Part shown: positions 1-10,757 of the stretch, piece by piece | Layout of the letters: each line of letters begins with the position of its first letter | Position numbering within the stretch: the stretch's first letter is position 1 | Origin: Histomonas meleagridis 2922-C6/04-290x | Taxonomy: Eukaryota; Protista; Parabasalia | Direction of reading: 5' to 3' | NCBI GenBank assembly: GCA_020184695.1 | Contig: JAANOX010000271.1 | Coordinates: forward strand, 62,001 to 126,000 | DNA: 64,000 nucleotides | The notes under the pieces: model-generated | Databases searched by the model: none | Seen by the model: the letters and a program-made list of their open reading frames with translations, nothing else | What the model was told of the DNA's origin: nothing | Position numbers and translations under genes: made by a program

Positions 1-902
1 ATGCTTGTTTTTGGTGTGTTTTTACCAAAGATTTCCCCAGAATTATAGACATTAAAGGGTGGGAAATCATTTGTTTCACAATAACATTTATCAACAATTT
101 GATCAAATGTTAATGTAAGAAATTTGATATATGCTAATTTTGGAATATCATATTCTCCTTTGATATTAGAAAGTGCAACAATTAAATTTAAAACTTTGGG
201 ATTATCAAGTGTAATATATTCAGAAATAGGTTCTGTAAGTTTCGTCGATGGTAATGCTTTGACGATTTCTTTTCGAGAATCAAATATGAATTCATAAAAT
301 TCGAATATTTGTTCTTTGGGAATAATTCCTTTTGTGCATATATCAGCCATAGTTAAATAAAAATTGGTTGATAGTAAAGTATCTATTTTTGCATGATTTA
401 AAATTGTTGAAAACAATTTTGAAGTGATTGGGAATTTTGCTTCTGTGACAACTTTTTCGACAAGCTTCTCACAAATAAAAGTTGATGATTGTTTTGTATC
501 TGGATGTTGATAACTATGATTAAATGAATCAATAAGATTAATGATTTCAATTTCTGAATAATCTTCCGAAAAAAATGCAAACCAAATTGCTTGAAATAAG
601 ATAACTAGGTTTAAATAGATTGAAGGCTCATAATTTTGGTCAGATAAACTTTTAAGATTGGTAAAATCATAATTTAAAATAAATTTTAAATTTGCTGCTT
701 CTATTGCACGAGGTATACTTTCTTTTGACTTTAAAAGTTTATGAAGAGTTGTTAATTGATTTTTTTCAATTTTTGGCATTATTGAAGAATATAAATCGAA
801 TCCTGCAGGCTTAGGGTTTGGAGGTGTAGAATCTTGATTTTTATAGTGTAAGTAATAAACATTTGTAATTGGATCATCTTGGAATTGGATTATTAGATTC
901 AT
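1..902 (-). CDS. Hypothetical protein, 3' end runs off the window start (>=300 aa, MNLIIQFQDDPITNVYYLHY...)
   Basis: Manual translation gives an uninterrupted frame from ATG at 902 to base 1, with an in-frame TAA upstream. It is absent from the ORF track because there is no stop inside the window. No recognisable motif. Confidence 0.7.
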   Translation of the reverse strand, partial: MNLIIQFQDDPITNVYYLHYKNQDSTPPNPKPAGFDLYSSIMPKIEKNQLTTLHKLLKSKESIPRAIEAANLKFILNYDFTNLKSLSDQNYEPSIYLNLVILFQAIWFAFFSEDYSEIEIINLIDSFNHSYQHPDTKQSSTFICEKLVEKVVTEAKFPITSKLFSTILNHAKIDTLLSTNFYLTMADICTKGIIPKEQIFEFYEFIFDSRKEIVKALPSTKLTEPISEYITLDNPKVLNLIVALSNIKGEYDIPKLAYIKFLTLTFDQIVDKCYCETNDFPPFNVYNSGEIFGKNTPKTS

Positions 903-1039
903 TACTTTTGGGTTGGAATGGGGTGCCCCGAAATTGTGACAATTAATGGTTTAAACCGAACGATTAAAACCTACTTTTTGAATATAATGTAAAATTGCCT
1001 CACAAAAAATATTTTTTCGCAAGAAAATTTATTAAACAA

Positions 1040-2602
1040 TTACAAATATTTCATATATTCTGAATGCTCATGTTCCATTTCGGTGAAGTTACCTTTCTGT
1101 ACATTTTCAGCATTATAACATTCTGGTATATATCCATGATTTTCAAAGTCATCATAAATTTCATTCACCAAATCTAATGCAGTTTTCCCTCCTTTAGCTT
1201 CTCTCATCTTTTCATCATTTTCATGATTAAATCCATCAAAACCATTCATTTCGAATCCTACATCTCTTGCATATAAATTAGTTCTACAAAATACTTTTGA
1301 AGAAATTGATAAATATATATCTTCACCATGAGAAAAAGTTAACACTTTAATTCTCGCGGATATTTTCGCATGAATTGGTCTAAACATAGTTGGCGAAGCA
1401 ATATGATCAGCTTTACCACAAGGCTGTGGATTACGACCATGAAATACTCGATATGTATCTTCATAAAAATGCCATCCAATAATAGCATCTTCATTTTCGA
1501 GTACATTTATATATATTTGATGCGTTTCATTATTTATTGGCGTTTGATCATCATCATATCTCATAATGATATCTGTTGGAAGCATCCCTGCAACATATGT
1601 CGGAAACATAAATAATGGCCTCCAATTATAACACCAAATATGATATATCGGCACACGATAATTAATGTTTTTTCGTATAAGTTCTAAATCAAGTGTAAAT
1701 CGATTTTCACATTGAAATAATAAATATAAATTCGGCTTAATCGTTTGTTCTTCATATTTTTTGATGTATTCATAGATATTCTCGCGTTTAAATAATGGAA
1801 GAAATACTGAAAGTATCGAACTTTTGTTTGTTATTAAACATTTTTCATATCGAACTTTTTCGATTGTTGTTATGTGATCATAATTTTGTGATTCTTTCAT
1901 TCCTTCAAATGGAAGATATTCAACAAAAAATTTTTTGTTTTCAAGTAATGAGAATACAAGTAATGGCGGAGGAGAACTTAATGTTGAATTTGTATAATAT
2001 AAAAGTTCTCGAACTAAAGTTGTCTTGATTAAAGCTACGCCAATACCAACTTTTTTCCCTTGAAATGTGGTGCATCCTCCAAAAAGAACATTGGACATAT
2101 TATAATGAAGAAGATCAAGTCCGGTTTGAATCCATGAATATGATGGCATATACTTAACATTTGAACTATTAACATAAAGAACATAATCAGGCATTGTAAG
2201 TGAATAAATGGCACCTTGGAGAGAAAGATAACCATTATCTGGAAATGTGGTATAAATCACATTAGATGTATGATTAAGTAAGAGAAGATTTTTATCTCTA
2301 ATGACCAAAAATGTAGATTTGACACTGATTGATTTGTTATCATCATATGAAATAATAGGAATTTCTTCATTAAAATCAATTGCAAGAGAAAGCGTAAAAT
2401 TGGGTTTATCATTCCAAAAAGCAATTGGGTTTAGCTTATCACTATATGGCATATTGGAAAGAGTAATAGTGAAGTATATTAATAATACAGATATCTGTAT
2501 TGAAATCATTAAAAAATTTTTGATGATTTTTTTTGTGCAATATCTCTCACAAATGTTTTCTCTCTTGTGTAGGGCTTTATATATCAAAGAACTGTCGTCC
2601 AT
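1040..2602 (-). CDS. Putative type II membrane glycosyltransferase-like protein
   Basis: ~520-aa ORF with an N-terminal hydrophobic segment (ISIQISVLLIYFTITL) and a DXD-like motif (DIIMRYDDD) in the C-terminal half. First ATG is at 2602; the track start is TTG. Confidence 0.45.
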   Translation of the reverse strand: MDDSSLIYKALHKRENICERYCTKKIIKNFLMISIQISVLLIYFTITLSNMPYSDKLNPIAFWNDKPNFTLSLAIDFNEEIPIISYDDNKSISVKSTFLVIRDKNLLLLNHTSNVIYTTFPDNGYLSLQGAIYSLTMPDYVLYVNSSNVKYMPSYSWIQTGLDLLHYNMSNVLFGGCTTFQGKKVGIGVALIKTTLVRELLYYTNSTLSSPPPLLVFSLLENKKFFVEYLPFEGMKESQNYDHITTIEKVRYEKCLITNKSSILSVFLPLFKRENIYEYIKKYEEQTIKPNLYLLFQCENRFTLDLELIRKNINYRVPIYHIWCYNWRPLFMFPTYVAGMLPTDIIMRYDDDQTPINNETHQIYINVLENEDAIIGWHFYEDTYRVFHGRNPQPCGKADHIASPTMFRPIHAKISARIKVLTFSHGEDIYLSISSKVFCRTNLYARDVGFEMNGFDGFNHENDEKMREAKGGKTALDLVNEIYDDFENHGYIPECYNAENVQKGNFTEMEHEHSEYMKYL

Positions 2603-2999
2603 CAAAAAATAATGGGTGAAACCCTACAAAACTATAAAGAAGCTCAAATTCAATTAAAAAACGATTATGATTAATCATTGAATTACTCAATTTGACTTAA
2701 CTTTCAATGAAAGCAAAAAATTTAAATTTTTCAAGTTATGTTTAAAATTAATGTCTTTGCTTAAAAAAATGGATTCAACGTAATGTTCCAATCATTACTA
2801 ATTTGAAGATATCCTCAGCATACATCTTCACAGATCAATATGGTCGATTTAATGTCCGATTGTTGATCGTTGCGATAATAAACTTTTTAAAAAGTTTAAT
2901 ACGCTAAACTGGCCGATAGAAAATTCAATGATCATTTCATGTAAACCAGTAAAAATTATCGTTGTTCTGGCTCAAAAAGTGATGCAAATTGAATTGGAT

Positions 3000-4427
3000 T
3001 TATTCCGTATTTAGTTCTTGTAAAATTTTTTCGAATAACATTTTTAATTCTTCTTCATCAGAAATTTGTTCTAGCACTTCATTTATATCTAGATCACTTA
3101 GTTCGCTTTTTATATCTATATTATTTAATGGTGTTACTGAAATTAAAATTAATAATGAATTTAAAATCTCAGATTTTAATTTCATGTTTTGACAAAACAT
3201 CAGATCTTTCATTATTTGAATAATAAGTGGATTTTTTTCTATTATTTTTTGATTAATTTCAAAATTTGAAAGTTGGAACAATTTACAAATTACAAAACAT
3301 GCACCACTTCTCACCTTAAAATATCCATTTTCGATGAACGCCAAACAAATGTCAATTAAAACGTCAATTTTTTCGAAAACTTTTACTAAGTTATTATTAG
3401 GTGAAATAATTAATTCCAATAATTTGAAATAATTAGCTAAAGTTATTTTCGACCAATTATCTCTCGGAACAATATTTAAAAAATTATCATCTTGTGCTAT
3501 AAAATCAGATATTTCTTGCGATTTAATAGCCAAGTTATTTAAAAATCCAAAAACATTATCAACAAAAGTTGAAACAATTTTTGGTTCTATTAAAATAATA
3601 TTTAATAAAGATGAAAAAAATTTGAAATCATTGAATAATTCTGAAGTAATTCCAGCTTGGAAATAACTGATTTTATTGAGGAAACGTGTGGCTGCTATTT
3701 GAGCAGATAAATTTTTGGATATAAGAAAATTAGTAATAAATTCTTTTACTTGAATTAAATCATTTTCGGTATATGAAAAAAATGAAATACAATTCGAAAG
3801 TAACTCAAGTGATGAATGAATTAAATGTGTAAATTCGGATTCTTTATATGCAGGGTCATCATGATTAAATATAAAGCGATTTTGTTGATTTAATATGTTA
3901 TAAATCACAAATGTCGAGGATTTAAAAAAATTTGTTCCATCTAAACTCATAATTGTATTTATTTTATCATCAATAATATCAGATAGTGATTCAATTGCGC
4001 TTGATAAAACTTCAACAGAATTAATTACTGAAATGATATCAAAAAGTAAATTATGAAAATTTAAATAAAGCATTTGTTTTAATAACAAATCATCTAAATT
4101 TGTTATGTAATGAATAATTTCGACTATATTTTCAAGAATTTCTTTGTTTTCGTTCGAAATTAAATTTGGAAATATTGAACGAAAATTAATTATTTGTTGT
4201 AAAACTCTATTTTCAAATACTGTAACATCCTTTGTAAAATATAATATATCTAAAATATCTTTTAATAGTTGATTAAATTCATTTATTTCATTAGGGAAAA
4301 TAAAATCAGGCTGATTTATTATAAATAATTTTTCTTCCAATTCGCTATCAGATTCTATTTGATTTTGAGACAATACTTTTTTTTGATATTTAGGTTTTTC
4401 TTTTTTAAATCCGATTTTAATTTCCAT
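3000..4427 (-). CDS. ARM/HEAT-repeat (importin-alpha-like fold) protein
   Basis: Helical Leu/Ile-rich repeats (AIESLSDI, FLNNLAIKS, GACFVICKL) with a basic/acidic N-terminus; ATG at 4427 (MEIKIGFKK). Confidence 0.55.
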   Translation of the reverse strand: MEIKIGFKKEKPKYQKKVLSQNQIESDSELEEKLFIINQPDFIFPNEINEFNQLLKDILDILYFTKDVTVFENRVLQQIINFRSIFPNLISNENKEILENIVEIIHYITNLDDLLLKQMLYLNFHNLLFDIISVINSVEVLSSAIESLSDIIDDKINTIMSLDGTNFFKSSTFVIYNILNQQNRFIFNHDDPAYKESEFTHLIHSSLELLSNCISFFSYTENDLIQVKEFITNFLISKNLSAQIAATRFLNKISYFQAGITSELFNDFKFFSSLLNIILIEPKIVSTFVDNVFGFLNNLAIKSQEISDFIAQDDNFLNIVPRDNWSKITLANYFKLLELIISPNNNLVKVFEKIDVLIDICLAFIENGYFKVRSGACFVICKLFQLSNFEINQKIIEKNPLIIQIMKDLMFCQNMKLKSEILNSLLILISVTPLNNIDIKSELSDLDINEVLEQISDEEELKMLFEKILQELNTE

Positions 4428-4499
4428 CTTATGACAGACATATTTCTTTTCAAAAATAATTGTCAGAAAAATAACCAATCAAAAGAAATTATCTTTGAG

Positions 4500-7211
4500 A
4501 TGATTGCAGTATCATCGCGTCTCAAAGATTTCGAATATTTATATAGCAGTTCATTTCACAAAGCCTTGACTGTTAAAGAACGAGAAAGCTATCACAGTGT
4601 TCTTTTTTCATTTCCAGATGAACATATTTCTAACATAGTAATTAACTCAATTAATTCATTTAAATCAGAAAAAAATTATTCCTTAAACACGTTTAAGTGG
4701 CTTCTAGAAGCAGTAGCTTTTGGATTACGATTTAATGATTCTGAAAAAGGATCAGAGTCAATATTTAGGAAATCTTTTGATTTATATTTTAAATGGCTCA
4801 AAGGTTCTATACCATGTAAAGAAGAATATGATTATTTACGTATTTTTATTATTCATTTATCACAAATATTTCAAAACCCATCGTTTGAATTCCGCTGTGA
4901 TGACTTTAAAAAGCAGATTAATGAAATCTTTATTAAGCGCTTTGATCAATATGAACATAAAACGATATTAGATTTAGTTGATTTTTTAATCTGTGGTATT
5001 CAAGACCTCGAATTACAAAAGAAAGTGCTTTTGTACCCACCAATCATTGAATTTTTAGTCACAAGTGCTAGTTGTAGCAAAGAATTATTTCCAGAAATTC
5101 TGAATAAGTTACGAATCTTATTTGGATTTTCACTTTTCTCTGAACAATTTTTTGTCGGCTTTTGTAATGTTTATGTAAATTCGGTCATAGATTTTTCCAA
5201 TGAATGTCTTCAAAGTAATTTAATTATTTTTAGAGATTTTATTGAGACACAACTTAAAGATGTCAAAGATTTAAACCTTAAGAAACACATTGCATTTTTA
5301 ACTATTATAAATCATTGGAAAGATAATTATAAATATCATTTTATATTAAAACGTTGGCCAACAAAACAAATTAAAGAACTTTTACCAAATTGGTTTTCTA
5401 TGGGCATTGAATGTTCACCTAATGACACTCATGACAACAACAAATTATTAAATGATTCCACCAAATTATTCTTTTCGTTGTTAATCAATGGTGAAAAAGA
5501 AGAAGAACCAAACACTGAACTAAATGACATGGCTAAAGAAATCATCATAAAACAAATGGAAAAGGCCGAAATGTCTCCGAATTTTTATTTGATTTCTCTT
5601 TATTCATCGAAATACATTAATTTAAACTCCGAATTTTTAATGGAACCAAAGAACTTAAAAATATTTTTTGATTTTTTTAATAAGTTAAAAGAGACGAAGT
5701 TCGAAACTAAAAACGAATCACTTAAATCATCTGTTTATTTAATGAATATTATATTACAACGTTCTATTTCTACTAAAAACTATAAACTAATAAATGAATT
5801 AACATCGAAACTTGATATCATTCATTCGAGTGACATCAATTTAAACATATTATTATTTAACTTTTATTTCTGTGCGAATAAGCCGAAGAAATTTTGGGAT
5901 AACTTAAATAAATGTATCGAAAATGAAACAATTCGTAAAGAAGAACATTTCTTAGAGATTTGTTTCTTAGTTTCATCTATTTTAGCGCAATTTGGGTCGG
6001 ATGAGTTTAATTCAGAAATTACATTAACTAAACAATCGATTGAGATCATGAAGAATTATTTAAATAATCCAAACTCACAAATACCATTAGCGTTATTAGC
6101 TTTATCATATAAAACGAATTACTTAATACAAAACCAACAAATTTCTTCGTTGTTATTATCACAAAACACTAATGGAAAAGACACATTTTATTTCTTGAAA
6201 CTTTCATTGTTATCAGGTAATCATTCATTTTATGAAGAGCCCAAAGAATTAAACATCACAACAACAAAATATTACGCGACACAAAAATATATAATATCTA
6301 TAAATGGTAATGAAATTGGAATTCGTGATACATTTGGATATTTCACATTTCAAGTTGAACGTAAATCGAAAATATTTCCGACGATAAATTTATTTAATGA
6401 AAATGATGAAATCGAAAACGATGACTTCAATATCGAAATTGATCAAAATGATCAATTTAATAAACAAATCATCGATATAACGAATTCAATTGTCGAAGAT
6501 AACGAAACATTTAAATACGAAGAACAATTTTCAAATAATAATCGCGTTAGTGACGCAATTTCTTTCTTAACAGACTTCGGATTTCTCGATATATTCCAAC
6601 AAGATAATAAGAAGATTAAAGACGTGACACAAACAGTAATACATTATATTAATGAACTCGATAAAATTAAATCGGTTCTGAGTATTAATATTAATGTGTT
6701 ACAATATTCAAATAATAAATTGGTGTCAAAGAAATCTTCGAAATTAGAAAAAATTTTAAATGATTTAAACAAAAATAAAATTAAGACAAAATTATTCGAC
6801 GTGAAATTCGTGGCACCTTGTTATATAAATGAGAACGATGATTACATTCATAAATTCGGTGATGAACCAAACGTTATAATAGTGTTAAATGAAAATAACG
6901 AATTGATTAAGTTTAAGAATTATTTGAATTCTGTTATTTTTATCGTTCAGTTTGTCGATAACGAGTTTTATATCGTTAAGTCAATTTCGGACCCTTTGAA
7001 TACTTTACCGAGGAAGCCGTTTAAGGAGATCTTTTTACATGAGTCAATGCTACAACCATTGGTAACTGCAGCTTGTATAACTTCTTTCGCAGCTATTAGG
7101 AAGATTAAGAAAGGAGACCGCGAGACAACATATAATGGGGAAAAGGCTTTGCTGGATCCATTGACAAAAAGAACTGAAACAATTTCCAGGATTTATTGGT
7201 TCAAAAAGTAG
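4500..7211 (+). CDS. RalGAP-beta/tuberin-like large helical protein with a possible degenerate Rap-GAP C-terminus
   Basis: N-terminal KWLLEAVAFGLRF...SFDLYFKWL resembles the RalGAP-beta N-terminal pattern as I recall it; ATG at 4500; 903 aa. Confidence 0.45.
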   Translation: MIAVSSRLKDFEYLYSSSFHKALTVKERESYHSVLFSFPDEHISNIVINSINSFKSEKNYSLNTFKWLLEAVAFGLRFNDSEKGSESIFRKSFDLYFKWLKGSIPCKEEYDYLRIFIIHLSQIFQNPSFEFRCDDFKKQINEIFIKRFDQYEHKTILDLVDFLICGIQDLELQKKVLLYPPIIEFLVTSASCSKELFPEILNKLRILFGFSLFSEQFFVGFCNVYVNSVIDFSNECLQSNLIIFRDFIETQLKDVKDLNLKKHIAFLTIINHWKDNYKYHFILKRWPTKQIKELLPNWFSMGIECSPNDTHDNNKLLNDSTKLFFSLLINGEKEEEPNTELNDMAKEIIIKQMEKAEMSPNFYLISLYSSKYINLNSEFLMEPKNLKIFFDFFNKLKETKFETKNESLKSSVYLMNIILQRSISTKNYKLINELTSKLDIIHSSDINLNILLFNFYFCANKPKKFWDNLNKCIENETIRKEEHFLEICFLVSSILAQFGSDEFNSEITLTKQSIEIMKNYLNNPNSQIPLALLALSYKTNYLIQNQQISSLLLSQNTNGKDTFYFLKLSLLSGNHSFYEEPKELNITTTKYYATQKYIISINGNEIGIRDTFGYFTFQVERKSKIFPTINLFNENDEIENDDFNIEIDQNDQFNKQIIDITNSIVEDNETFKYEEQFSNNNRVSDAISFLTDFGFLDIFQQDNKKIKDVTQTVIHYINELDKIKSVLSININVLQYSNNKLVSKKSSKLEKILNDLNKNKIKTKLFDVKFVAPCYINENDDYIHKFGDEPNVIIVLNENNELIKFKNYLNSVIFIVQFVDNEFYIVKSISDPLNTLPRKPFKEIFLHESMLQPLVTAACITSFAAIRKIKKGDRETTYNGEKALLDPLTKRTETISRIYWFKK

Positions 7212-7507
7212 TTTTAACTCAAAATAAGAACAGAAAACTTCTTTTATAATCGTCGAATAAAATTTTTTAATGAGTTAATCATTTGATTTTTTTTTTTTTT
7301 TTTTTATGCTATAATTATGATGGCATTTTTTGACTTTGTGATATGAAGAATGAAAACAGTGAAATACTAAAAGTCAAAATTGTTTAATCCAATGTTTTCT
7401 ATTTGGAAAAAATAATTTTTTTTGAATGTTTAATTGGTCATTATATTAGTATCATTTCAAATGGTAACTTTTTCAGTAGACGTGGTTAACGAACTACAAG
7501 CTATCTC

Positions 7508-9952
7508 ATGAATAGCAAAAAAGAGGGGTTTCAATCAACTTACTTGGATATGGTTAATAAGTTAAAAGATATCATCTTTAATTTGAATCAAGAAAATTTT
7601 AGTTTTGCAATTCAAGAAACAATGAAATCATATGATTCAAATTTTTCATATTCATATAATTTACTTATAAGTATTTTAGTTTATAATGCATTTTGTTTGA
7701 GAAATAACGATGATGATATCTATATCTCATATTTATCAGAAATCGAAAACAAAGAAAAAGAAATGAACAAAAATGATCCAAAAATCATCGAAATTTTTAC
7801 TAAATTCACTTCAAATAAAGGAACACAAGAAGCATATTATATAATTACTGAGATGAAAAATCGAAAATTAACTGATAAATGTATTTTTTCAAAATATAAT
7901 CTTTCAAAAAATGTTAATGAAATTTCAAAAATAATTCGAAATGACGAAATCGAAAAACTTCAAGAAATATCATCACAACATGATTTTAATTTTAATCAAA
8001 CAATTAAACCATCACTTTATGAAAGATGTTCATTTATTAATCAAGAAAATGTTACATTAATTGATTATGCAGCATTTTTTGGCGCAATTGAATGTTTTAA
8101 ATATTTGCTTATAAATGGTGCAAGTGTAGAAAACACAGGTAAATATGCAGTTGCAGGTGGAAATGAAGAAATCATTCATTTATGTGAACAAAATCATTCG
8201 ACATTTGAAGGTGCATATGAAGCAGCAATTCAATTCCATCGAAATGAAATTTTCAAATATATTTATGAAAATAAATTAGATAAAATACAATCAAAGCCAA
8301 ATATGTCTGAAGTAAAAATCACACGTTATTTTTGTAATCAATCAAATAATAACATTGATACTTTAGGATGTTTTTGTGTGAAATATCAAAATTATGAAAT
8401 ATTTTCCTATTTAGAAGAAAATGGTATGAAAGTTAGTGGCCCTATATTCAATGAAACAGCAAGAATTGGAAACTTATATCTTGTTAAACATTTTCTCCAA
8501 TATAGCAAAATTTCAAGAGATATTTTTATATACGCATCTGAATCAGAAAATATTGAACTCATAATATTAGTTTTAGAACAAAAATTTATCGATATTAATG
8601 TAAAAAATGTTTTTTAATTTTTGTTCGAATTTAATTTTATAATTTTACGTTATAAAATGATTTTTGAATATTATTTAAAGAATTTAAAACACCAATTATT
8701 TGGGCAACTACAACAGGTAACATAGATTTTGTTAAATTAATTTTAGAACATGATGGAATAAATTTCAATATTCAGAATATTTATTTGTTTCTTTTGGAAT
8801 TTATTTTAATAAATTGATGTTTTATAATAATATTTGGAACTTATTAAAAATATTTAATACAGCATTCATGATTGCATATAAGAATGATTATAATGAAATA
8901 TTTAACTTACTTCTAGAAAAAGGAAGCATTGATGTTAAAATTAAAAATATTTAATTATATTGTTTTTTATTTATTTTCATAATTTTATGTTGTACAATAA
9001 TATTTGGAACTTATTAAAAATATTTGATACAATTCTTATGCTTGCAGTTAAAAAAAATGATATTAAATTATTCAAATATCTTCTCAAACATGGTGAAATA
9101 GATATTGATGTTATTGGTGTTTATTTATTTTGATTTCTATTTATCTTAATATTTTAATATTTTAATATAATATTTGGAAGTTATTCATCTTGTTTAAAAC
9201 ACCTCTTATATTAGCATCTTTAAATAATAGTATTGAAATAGTTGATATACTTCTTAAGAAAGGAGTTGATGTAAATGCTCAAGAGATTTAATTTTCACAC
9301 TTGATACAAGTTTTTAAAAGTCATATTTGGAAATTATTTAAAATATTTAGTACAGCACTTATTATTGCATCTAAAAAAGGTCATACTAAGATAGTTCAAT
9401 TACTTCTTAAAAAAGCAGTAATTGATGTAAATGCAAAAGATTTTTGTTTGCTTTTTTGTATATTTCTTTTTATTTTAATAATGTATGAAAATAATATTTG
9501 GATTTTATTGAATATATTTAAAACAGCACTTATTTGGGCAGCTAATAATGGCTTTGTTGAAATCGTTAATTTACTTGTTAAGCATGTAGGAATTGATATT
9601 AATGCAAAAGATATTATTGTTTTTTATTTAAAATTAATTTTTATGTTTTAATATTTCAATATTTTATTTGGTAATTATTGAAATTATTTAGTACAGCACT
9701 TATTTTATCAGCTTATAATGGTTACATAGAAGTTGTAAAACTACTTCTTTCACAAAATGAGATTGATGTTACAGCTGTAAATGTTTTAATATTTTATTTA
9801 AAATTTCTTTTAATAGTTTTGGGTTTCAAAATAATGAATGGTAATTATTTTAAGATTTTAATTCAGCACGTGATCTGGCATCATGGGAAGAGCACATTGA
9901 GTTTGAGAAATTATTAGACAATTCTTCAAGAAAAAAATGTTTTATTTGTTAA
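7508..9952 (+). CDS. DUF3447/ankyrin-repeat protein whose ankyrin array is split by eight non-canonical inserts (locus A)
   Basis: ORF 7508-8617 has the DUF3447-type block (AAFFGAIECFKYL...GGNEEIIHLCEQ...AIQFHRNEIFKY). It is followed by open ankyrin segments 8683-8784, 8853-8954, 9023-9124, 9193-9291, 9346-9447, 9517-9618, 9687-9788 and a terminal segment 9857-9952 ending KKCFIC*. Confidence 0.8.
8615..9856 (+). other. Eight U-rich intervening sequences, one per ankyrin repeat: 8615-8682, 8785-8852, 8955-9022, 9125-9192, 9292-9345, 9448-9516, 9619-9686, 9789-9856
   Basis: Lengths are 68, 68, 68, 68, 54, 69, 68 and 68 nt. TGG/TGA occurs at 8665, 8835, 9005, 9175, 9328, 9499, 9669 and 9839, always 24 nt before the T/S codon of the TAL motif. 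No consistent GT-AG ends and no ACTAAC branch point. Confidence 0.9.
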
Positions 9953-10269
9953 TAAAATAAACATTTATGGCACTTTAACATCCTATTGTTTATTTTTTAT
10001 TTAAGATCATTTTATTCCTGAATGAACTCGTAAATATATTTGATTTCATAAATGTATAAGTTATTGAGCAACTTAATGATACATTAATGGGTCCAAATGT
10101 CTTGTTTTGATATAAATTTCGAACTTTACTAAAATTTTATATGACAAAACGAAAAAATTTTGCTGAAATTAAATCAGAAGAAGAATTTACACGCTAATAA
10201 TATTAATTTATTTTAAACATAAATCTTTTAAGGCACAATGCAATTCTTTTTTCCCATTTCAATGTTTTC

Positions 10270-10620
10270 TCTGTCTCAACTGGCATCATCTCTCAGAAAA
10301 TGCTTCAGTGATATCAGTGTTTAACCTTGCTGAGGCTTCAAGGTATTTTGCATTGTATACTGCTGCAAGTACCTTCTTGCACTAACTTTCTAATATCTCT
10401 AAATATTTTACCTATGTTGTGAGCCGAAATGTTGCTGAAATTAACGGTCAATAAACGGTCACCAATTTCCAAAACTTTATTTATTCAAAAAGTCGAATAC
10501 GTCAAAATATTTTGAGGTGGCTGCAATTATTTTTAACGTCCTCTATCGTGTTTAAATCAAGTAAAGTATTTAATCTCATTGGTTACTTTACAGAAAAGTG
10601 ACGTTGAAACAATCTGAGTG
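10270..10620 (-). pseudogene. Possible decayed Ras-family small GTPase fragment
   Basis: Minus-strand pieces read NTIED (effector-loop-like) and AVYNAKYLEASARLNTDITEAF (G5-like), separated by stops and frameshifts. Confidence 0.3.
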
Positions 10621-10757
10621 GGGAGATAAAAATTCCAAAATTAACAAATGAACAAATATTTTACCTAAACCCATTTTAATAATTGTAAAAATACAAATGA
10701 ATGAAAATATTATAAATAATACTATTGATAAATTTTAAATTTATATATTACATACAT

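Noticed and set aside
8620-8660. Hairpins inside the inserts (e.g. ATTTTATAA-N7-TTATAAAAT)
   Set aside because: Short A/T stems are expected by chance at this composition and are not positionally conserved across inserts; a covariance analysis would be needed.
8952-8954. Stop-codon reassignment or readthrough as an explanation of the interrupted genes
   Set aside because: Most inserts also change frame, and ordinary genes in the window end at TAA/TAG/TGA with no internal stops.
8941-9025. Excision between flanking direct repeats (TTAAAAATATTT at both ends of insert A3; ATAATTTG in locus C)
   Set aside because: Repeat-to-repeat deletion leaves the downstream ankyrin out of frame, with different offsets in A and C.
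8615-9856. Canonical spliceosomal introns in the ankyrin arrays
   Set aside because: Only one of 16 inserts (B2) offers GT...AG at the homologous register, and none has the trichomonad ACTAAC branch-point/3' motif.
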